Shown here: positions 57,688-64,000 of the stretch, in pieces
Position numbering within the stretch: the first letter of the stretch is position 1
Layout: the number at the start of each line of letters is the position of its first letter
Source of the DNA: Candidatus Latescibacterota bacterium
Lineage (GTDB): Bacteria > Latescibacterota > UBA2968 > UBA8231
Assembly: GCA_963422735.1 (NCBI GenBank)
Contig: OY730476.1
Span: 1,504,001 to 1,568,000 of the forward strand
Length of the DNA: 64,000 bases
Reading direction: 5' to 3'
Position numbers and translations under genes: made by a program
Notes under the pieces: generated by a model
Seen by the model: the letters and a program-made list of their open reading frames with translations, nothing else
The model's database searches: none
What the model was told of the DNA's origin: nothing

Positions 57688-60600
57688 ATGGTTGCGCTGA
57701 TTATCGCCTTTCTGATCGCCTTTGCCATCGGCCCGGTGGCGGCTTCTGCAGGGCCACGGGCTGTCGTGGAGCATTTGTCCTCGCTGGGGTCGCGGGTGGC
57801 GGGGTATTCGGGAAGTACCCGGGCGGCGGAGTATGTGGAGGGGCGGTTACAGGCGTTGGGGTGGCCGACGCGACGCGACACCTTTGCCGTGGTGGTGCCG
57901 ATCGACCAAGGCGGGCGGTTGGAGTGGGAGGATGAGTCGGTGGCCCTATATGCGGTGTGGCCGAATGGGGCGCGGACTTCGACCGTGCCGCCGGAGGGGT
58001 TGCGAGCACCGGCGATTTGGGGCGGCGATGGGGATTGGAGCGATTTCAATGGGCAGGAGGTGGCTGGGCGGGTGGTGGTGCTGGATTTTGCCAGTGGGGA
58101 CGCTTGGTTGAAGGCCGCGTCGTTGGGGGCGCAGGCGGTGGTGTTTGTGGCCGCGGATTCGGCTACTACGCAGCAGGGGCAGAGCAAATACGTACGGGCA
58201 CCGTTGGATGTGCCGCGCTTTTGGGTGGAGCGGGCCGCTGGGCAGCGGCTGCGGCGGCGGTTAGTGGGTGGAGAGGTGGAGGTGGAGTTGTGGGGGCGGA
58301 TGGATTGGCAGGAGCGGGCGGCGCACAACGTGTGGGCAGTGATGCCGGGAAAAGGTGCGGAGGCTTCCGTGCGAGGTGGCCGGGACGAGACGGTTCTGAT
58401 CCATGCGTATTACGACGCGCCGTCGGTGGTGCCGGCGCGGGCACCGGGGGCAGAGGCGGCAGTGAGTGTGGCGGCGCTGTTGGAGGTGGCCGCTCGGTTG
58501 CAAGCGAACCCACCGGCGCACACAGTGGTGCTCGCCGCGCTGGGTGCCCACTTCCAAGGGCGGCAGGGCATGGTCGCCTTCCTCAATCGGCACGCCCGCC
58601 GCCAACCACACTACGCGGACCGGCTCGCCGAGCCGCTGGATATTGACCTGTTCATTGGACTCGATTTGTCCAGCCACGGCGAGCGGGTGGTGCTGTGGAA
58701 CAACACGGATAGCTACGCGCTCAAGCGGTTTTTCGTGCCCTTTGGCCGTCGCTTTGCCGAGTACGCGGCGGCACTGGGCCGCGCCGAGGCATTGGCCAAT
58801 GGCATCAGCCCAATTCGGGGAATGGATTGGGACAGCTATATGCCTAGGGGTTTGGCCGCCGATGGGGAGTTGGCACTCGAGGCGGGATTCCCGTCGCTGA
58901 CGCTGGCCACGGTAGGCGATGCCCGCTTTGCGCTGGATTTGCCGCTGGACACGGACGCGAGAGTGGCGTGGGACCATGTGGAAGGGCAGGCGGCGTTGGT
59001 GGCCGATCTGCTGGCTCATGCGTTGGCCGATACGGCACTGTTAGCCGGGCGGGAGCGGCTCGACGAGGCGTTGGAGGATCGGCTACGGGATTTGCGGGTC
59101 AAAGCGCGGACGTTCCCTCGGCGCAGTCAGGTGCCGGACCGACCGGTGGCCGGGGCACTGGTGGCGGTGCAGGTGGAGAAAGAAGAGCGCAAAGGGGTGC
59201 GCGACACGCGCTACTTTCTCGCGGATAACGCCGGGACGGTGCGGGTACCTGGGCTGGAGCAGGGGACGTATCCGCTGGCCGTGACGGCACTGGACGCCGA
59301 GCGGGGGACGATCACCCACGTCGTAGATTTGAGCATCCGCGCCCAGAAGCACCACGGTGCGCCGGGATTGGACGGTCGCTTGTTCAATAATGTGCGCTGG
59401 CTGCACAATGAGCAGATCGCCGTGCTCTTCCCCGGGGTGGGTCGCCCCCTGTACGGCTTGGTCGAGCCGCGTCTTTTGCGTGCGTTGAACAAAGTGAAGG
59501 TGATCTCGGCGGACGGGGGCGAGCCGGGCCAGTACGGGTACGCGCTGGATTCGAGCAGCATCGGCTCGGTAGGGGTGCTTTACGGGCCAGCCGATGCCGC
59601 GACCGACGACCGCGTCAAAGTGATTTTGGACGGCCAGCTTTTGCTGCTCAACAGCGAGGGTAGCCACAGCGAGGCCGAAGCGCGGGGCCGGGGGTTTTTG
59701 CTGGCTGAGGAAGGGTTTGGGGCCGCGACGCTGCAGGCGGCGCGGGATGTGTGGAACTTGGATGCGGCGCGGCTGGGAGTGCTCGCAGAGCACGGCATTG
59801 AAAATCAGCGGTTGACGCGGCTACACGCACAGGCGGCCGCGGCCATAGCCGAGGCCGAAGCAGCGGCCGAGCAACTGAAGTGGGATGAGTACGTGGCGTG
59901 GAGCCGCAAGGCACTGGGCTTGGAGACGCGGGCCTACCCGGAGGTCTTGGCGACGCTCAACGATGTCCTCAAGGGGGTGATCTTCTTTTTGGCGCTGTTG
60001 TTGCCGGCGGCCTTTTTTGGGGAGCGGCTCGTATTTGCTGCGGCCGATATTCGCCGGCAGCTCGCTGGCTTTGGGCTGTTCTTGCTGGCGATTTGGCTGA
60101 TTTTGGCGCAAGTGCATCCGGCCTTTGCGCTGGCCGAGCCGCTGGTGGTGCTGCTGGCGTTTGCGATTATGGCGATGGGGGCGTTGGTGCTCTTTATGGT
60201 GGTGGGCCGGTTCAACCGCGTCATGGCCCAGCACCAGAGCCAGCAGACGCGGATCCACGCCCAAGACCTGAGCCGCTTGAGCGCGTCTTATGCGGCCTTC
60301 ATGCTTGGGATTTCCAATATGCGGCGGCGACCCCTGCGCACCGGCCTGACGCTGGCAACGCTGACGCTTTTGACGTTTACCCTGCTCTCTTTTACCTCGT
60401 TTGAACAGCAAATCCGCTACGCGAGTTTCCGGCTGCCACACGCCGCGTTGTACCCCGGGATTCTCATCCGCGACCGCGGCTGGGAGCACCTGACGCCGGA
60501 GGCACTCGACTATGCCGAGTCGCACTTTGGCGGCCGCGGCTGGATGGGGCGGCGCGGCTGGTACGCGGCCGAAGACGGCAAGGGGGGCTGGATTGGGGTG

Positions 60601-63600
60601 GCGGTGGCGGGGAAGACGGTGCGAGCCACGGGCTTGTTGGGCCTGACGCCGGAGGAGGCGCAGATCACCCAGATAGATGCGAGCTTGGTGGCCGGGTCGT
60701 TTTTTGCCGCAGATGACGAGGCTACCTGCATCCTGCCGCTGGACATGGCCGAGGCGCTGGGCATTGGGGTTGGGGATCGGGTCGAGGTATTCGGGCGCGC
60801 ACTGGAGGTGCGAGGGATTGCCGACCCAGAGCGATTGGGTGCGCTGCGCGACCTCGACGGCGAGAGCCTGATGCCGGCCGATTTTGTCCTGTCGGGCGCG
60901 GAGGTGCTCCAGCTAGGAGCGGCGCGGGAAGTGGATATTGCCGGCGCGGAGGATCCACACGCCCTGCGCCCCTTCGTCCACCTAGAGCCGCACCACGTGG
61001 TCCTCGTGCCTTACCAAACGCTGGCCGAAGCCGGTGGGAGCTTGCACTCGGTGGCCGTGCGCTTTCCGGCGGCCACCGACGGGCAGGCGCTGGTCGAGGA
61101 CTATCTGACGCGGGTGGCGGCCACCTTGTTCGTCGGCTCGCCGGACGGGGAAGTGATGGCTCTAAGCTCGGTGGGGCTGACGGCTGTGGAAGGGCTGGGG
61201 GCACTGGCGATCCCAGCACTGGTGGCCGCACTCATTGTACTCAATGCGATGATGGGGGCGGTGTACGAACGCCTACGCGAGATCAGCATCTACTCCTCGG
61301 TGGGGCTAGCTCCCCTGCACATTGCGCTGCTGTTTGTGGCCGAAGCCTGCGTCTATGCGGTATTGGGGACGACGTTGGGGTATTTGCTGGGCCAAGGGTT
61401 GGGGCGGGTGCTGTTGGGACTGGGGCTGTTGCAGGGTCTGACCTTGAACTACTCGTCGCTGGCGGCGATTGGGGCCGCGCTGGCGGTGATGGGGGTGGTG
61501 TTGCTTTCGACGATCTATCCGGCGCGGCAGGCGGCGCGGCAGGCGGTGCCGGATGTGGTGCGGCGCTGGCGGCCAGACCCTCCCGGCGGCGACGAGTGGC
61601 TGTTTGAGTTCCCCTTCATGCTCGGCGAGGGAGAGATCGAGGGGGTGTGCGGCTTTTTGGCCAACTACTTTAGGGCCTTTGGTCAGGCGACGCTGGGAGA
61701 TTTTTACGTCGAAGATATGCAAGTTACACAAGCCGATGGCTATCGCCTCGCGTTTGCTGTGTGGCTGGCTCCTTTTGACTTGGGGGTGAGCCAAGAGGTG
61801 GTCGTGGAGTTTGTGCCAGCCGGAGGGCGGGCGCGGGCGATGGAAGTCAGGTTGCGCCGGCTAAGCGGCGAGCGCCACTACTGGCAGCGGCTCAACTTGC
61901 GATTGGTGGAGGCGCTGCGGAAGCAGATGTTGATTTGGTACGCGCTCAGGGAAACTGAGCGGGTCCAGCACGTGGAGTCGGCGCGGGCGCTGGCAGCCGA
62001 GCAGGCTGAGCAGCGCGTCGAGGAACAGTCGGCAGCGGAACCGCCGGCGTCCTTTACTTGGCGGGGGTTTGCGGTGGGGGGCCTGTTGGCCTTGGGCATC
62101 GGCATGGGGGCACCCTACGCGGTGATTATGCTGCAAGGATCGTACATGGCACTCAACAGCTCGTCGCCCGGGGCGATCTTTCTGTTTTTTGTCTTAGTGG
62201 TGTTGGTCAATACCCTACTGCGGGCACTAGGCCGCGGCCTCGCGCTGGGCCAAGCCGATTTGGTACTCATTTATGCGATGATGCTGTTGGCATCGGCGGT
62301 ACCAACGCAGGCGTTTGTCGGCTACCTGATTCCGATCATCAGCGGGCTGTACTACTATGCGACCCCGGAAAACAACTGGGGCGAGATTTTCTTTCCGCAC
62401 GTAACGCCGTGGCTGGTACCGCAGGACCGGCAGGCGATTGTCGATCTGCACGAGGGGCTGCCGCCCGGGGAGAGCATTCCGTGGGGGGCTTGGAGCGAGA
62501 CCCTGAGCTATTGGTACGTCTTCTTTTTGGTACTGAGCTTTATGATGCTCTGCATGAGTTCCATCCTGCACCGGCAGTGGTCGCAGCACGAGCGGCTGGC
62601 CTATCCCATGGTGCAACTGCCGCTTAAGATGGTAGAAGAGGGCCGGCCGGGGTTTAAGCTAGCGCCGCTTTTTAAGCAGCGGCTGTTGTGGATCGGTTTT
62701 GCGGTGCCGTTCGTCCTGCTGTCGCTCAAGGGGCTGCACTACTACTTCCCGGCGGTGCCGAAGCCGATCCAGTCGGCTGGGCAACTGGCGTGGATCGGCA
62801 AGGGGATGGAGCTGGGCTTGGATTGGGTGTACGCGTGGATCGGCTTTTTCTATTTGGTCAACCTAGACATTTCCTTTTCGATTTGGTTTTTCTACGTCCT
62901 CAACAAGGCGCAAGAGGGAATTTTCGCCTCTTTGGGCATTGCTAGCAGCGAAAAGCTGAGTCTCTACTCCTACTCGCAAACGGCGGACCTGACGCACCAA
63001 GTGATGGGTGCTTGCCTGATCTTTGTCGGCTACACCTTGTGGATGGGACGGCGGCACTTGGGGGCGGTGTGGCGCAAGGCGTGGCGCGGCGACCCCGCGG
63101 TGGATGATGCAGGGGAAATGCTTTCCTACCGGGTGGCGGTCTTTGGCTTTTTGGCTAGCCTGCTCTTGGTGGGCGTCTGGCTGTGGGCGTCCGGGGTGCC
63201 GCTGACGATTTTGCCGCTGTTTTTGCTGGTGTGCTTGATATTCTACGTATTCGTCACGCGGGCGGTGGCCACGGCCGGGCTGGCGACAGCGCGCTCGCCG
63301 ATGGTGGCGGCGTTTTTCGTCATTTCCGCTGTCGGCGCACCAGCGATTGGGGCCAAGGGGCTGACGGCCCTGACCTTTACCTACATCTGGCAGTCCGAGA
63401 TGCGGCTCTTTCCAATGATTGCCGCCGCCAATTCGCTCAAGCTGGCCGAGGCGGTGGTTGGCTCTAAAAGGCGGCTGTTTTGGGGGATGGCACTGGCGTT
63501 GGTGGTGAGTTTGGCCGCAGCGACGTGGATCATTTTTCAGGTGTGCTACGAGCACGGCGGGATCAATTTGCATCCGTTTTTTATGACCCGTCAGGCCAAT

Positions 63601-63972
63601 CGCACATTTACCGACATGGCGCGGCCGATCGTCGATCCGCTACCAGCCGACGGGCGTGGCTGGTTGTTTACCGGTATCGGCGGTCTCGTCGAGGCCGTGC
63701 TCTTATGGGGACATCATCGGTTCTACTGGTGGCCGTTGCACCCGTTGGGATTTATCGTCAGCGTGGGCTGGTTGGCTAACCAAGTGTGGTTTTCAGTGTT
63801 CATCGCGTGGGTGCTCAAACTGGGCATTGTCAAGTGGGGCGGGATGCCGCTCTACGAGCGAGCCAAGCCCTTCTTTCTAGGGCTGATTTTGGGCGAGGCG
63901 ACGGCGGCTGGATTGTGGCTGTGCATTGATGGCGTGTTGGGCCAGACCGGGCATTTTCTGTCGTATATGTGA
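57688..63972 (+). CDS. 2094-aa fusion: PA/M28 peptidase-like + FtsX/MacB-type permease + DUF6785/DUF6784-like membrane domain
   Basis: Signal peptide; GSRVAGY, AYYDA, PGAE; NMRRRPLRT and VYERLREISIYSSVGL FtsX motifs; YYATPENNW, RQWSQHERLAYP, WWPLHPLGF. Confidence 0.85.
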   Translation: MVALIIAFLIAFAIGPVAASAGPRAVVEHLSSLGSRVAGYSGSTRAAEYVEGRLQALGWPTRRDTFAVVVPIDQGGRLEWEDESVALYAVWPNGARTSTVPPEGLRAPAIWGGDGDWSDFNGQEVAGRVVVLDFASGDAWLKAASLGAQAVVFVAADSATTQQGQSKYVRAPLDVPRFWVERAAGQRLRRRLVGGEVEVELWGRMDWQERAAHNVWAVMPGKGAEASVRGGRDETVLIHAYYDAPSVVPARAPGAEAAVSVAALLEVAARLQANPPAHTVVLAALGAHFQGRQGMVAFLNRHARRQPHYADRLAEPLDIDLFIGLDLSSHGERVVLWNNTDSYALKRFFVPFGRRFAEYAAALGRAEALANGISPIRGMDWDSYMPRGLAADGELALEAGFPSLTLATVGDARFALDLPLDTDARVAWDHVEGQAALVADLLAHALADTALLAGRERLDEALEDRLRDLRVKARTFPRRSQVPDRPVAGALVAVQVEKEERKGVRDTRYFLADNAGTVRVPGLEQGTYPLAVTALDAERGTITHVVDLSIRAQKHHGAPGLDGRLFNNVRWLHNEQIAVLFPGVGRPLYGLVEPRLLRALNKVKVISADGGEPGQYGYALDSSSIGSVGVLYGPADAATDDRVKVILDGQLLLLNSEGSHSEAEARGRGFLLAEEGFGAATLQAARDVWNLDAARLGVLAEHGIENQRLTRLHAQAAAAIAEAEAAAEQLKWDEYVAWSRKALGLETRAYPEVLATLNDVLKGVIFFLALLLPAAFFGERLVFAAADIRRQLAGFGLFLLAIWLILAQVHPAFALAEPLVVLLAFAIMAMGALVLFMVVGRFNRVMAQHQSQQTRIHAQDLSRLSASYAAFMLGISNMRRRPLRTGLTLATLTLLTFTLLSFTSFEQQIRYASFRLPHAALYPGILIRDRGWEHLTPEALDYAESHFGGRGWMGRRGWYAAEDGKGGWIGVAVAGKTVRATGLLGLTPEEAQITQIDASLVAGSFFAADDEATCILPLDMAEALGIGVGDRVEVFGRALEVRGIADPERLGALRDLDGESLMPADFVLSGAEVLQLGAAREVDIAGAEDPHALRPFVHLEPHHVVLVPYQTLAEAGGSLHSVAVRFPAATDGQALVEDYLTRVAATLFVGSPDGEVMALSSVGLTAVEGLGALAIPALVAALIVLNAMMGAVYERLREISIYSSVGLAPLHIALLFVAEACVYAVLGTTLGYLLGQGLGRVLLGLGLLQGLTLNYSSLAAIGAALAVMGVVLLSTIYPARQAARQAVPDVVRRWRPDPPGGDEWLFEFPFMLGEGEIEGVCGFLANYFRAFGQATLGDFYVEDMQVTQADGYRLAFAVWLAPFDLGVSQEVVVEFVPAGGRARAMEVRLRRLSGERHYWQRLNLRLVEALRKQMLIWYALRETERVQHVESARALAAEQAEQRVEEQSAAEPPASFTWRGFAVGGLLALGIGMGAPYAVIMLQGSYMALNSSSPGAIFLFFVLVVLVNTLLRALGRGLALGQADLVLIYAMMLLASAVPTQAFVGYLIPIISGLYYYATPENNWGEIFFPHVTPWLVPQDRQAIVDLHEGLPPGESIPWGAWSETLSYWYVFFLVLSFMMLCMSSILHRQWSQHERLAYPMVQLPLKMVEEGRPGFKLAPLFKQRLLWIGFAVPFVLLSLKGLHYYFPAVPKPIQSAGQLAWIGKGMELGLDWVYAWIGFFYLVNLDISFSIWFFYVLNKAQEGIFASLGIASSEKLSLYSYSQTADLTHQVMGACLIFVGYTLWMGRRHLGAVWRKAWRGDPAVDDAGEMLSYRVAVFGFLASLLLVGVWLWASGVPLTILPLFLLVCLIFYVFVTRAVATAGLATARSPMVAAFFVISAVGAPAIGAKGLTALTFTYIWQSEMRLFPMIAAANSLKLAEAVVGSKRRLFWGMALALVVSLAAATWIIFQVCYEHGGINLHPFFMTRQANRTFTDMARPIVDPLPADGRGWLFTGIGGLVEAVLLWGHHRFYWWPLHPLGFIVSVGWLANQVWFSVFIAWVLKLGIVKWGGMPLYERAKPFFLGLILGEATAAGLWLCIDGVLGQTGHFLSYM

Positions 63973-64000
63973 GGCGAAACTCTCAACAGAGCACTACATC

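Overview
High-GC bacterial chromosomal window. The gene content (TPR, NHL, ankyrin, FG-GAP/ASPIC-UnbV, FlgD-tail proteins, DUF6785 membrane proteins, many PhyH/TauD/Gfo-type enzymes) suggests a diderm from a poorly studied lineage, plausibly a sponge-associated Latescibacterota/Gemmatimonadota-like organism; this is inference. Highlights: (1) a complete ubiquitin-like tagging and proteasome operon, arc-dop-ubact-prcB-prcA-pafA (36630-43186). Its 62-aa tag ends in RTGQ, its ATPase tail is non-canonical (GQVI), and a hairpin covers the prcB ribosome-binding site. (2) A 2094-aa fusion of a catalytically degenerate PA/M28 peptidase-like domain, an FtsX/MacB-type permease and a DUF6785/DUF6784-like membrane domain (57688-63972), with a stand-alone paralog of the last domain at 18789-20735. 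(3) A ~150-185 bp structured repeat in three copies, always in the same orientation just upstream of a start codon. (4) A 145-bp MITE with perfect terminal inverted repeats and a TCA target duplication. (5) A low-GC islet with an orphan DNA methyltransferase between decayed HicAB and VapBC loci. Many intergenic gaps contain scraps of toxin-antitoxin and other genes. No rRNA, tRNA or CRISPR array was seen. All family assignments come from motif recognition by eye, not database searches.
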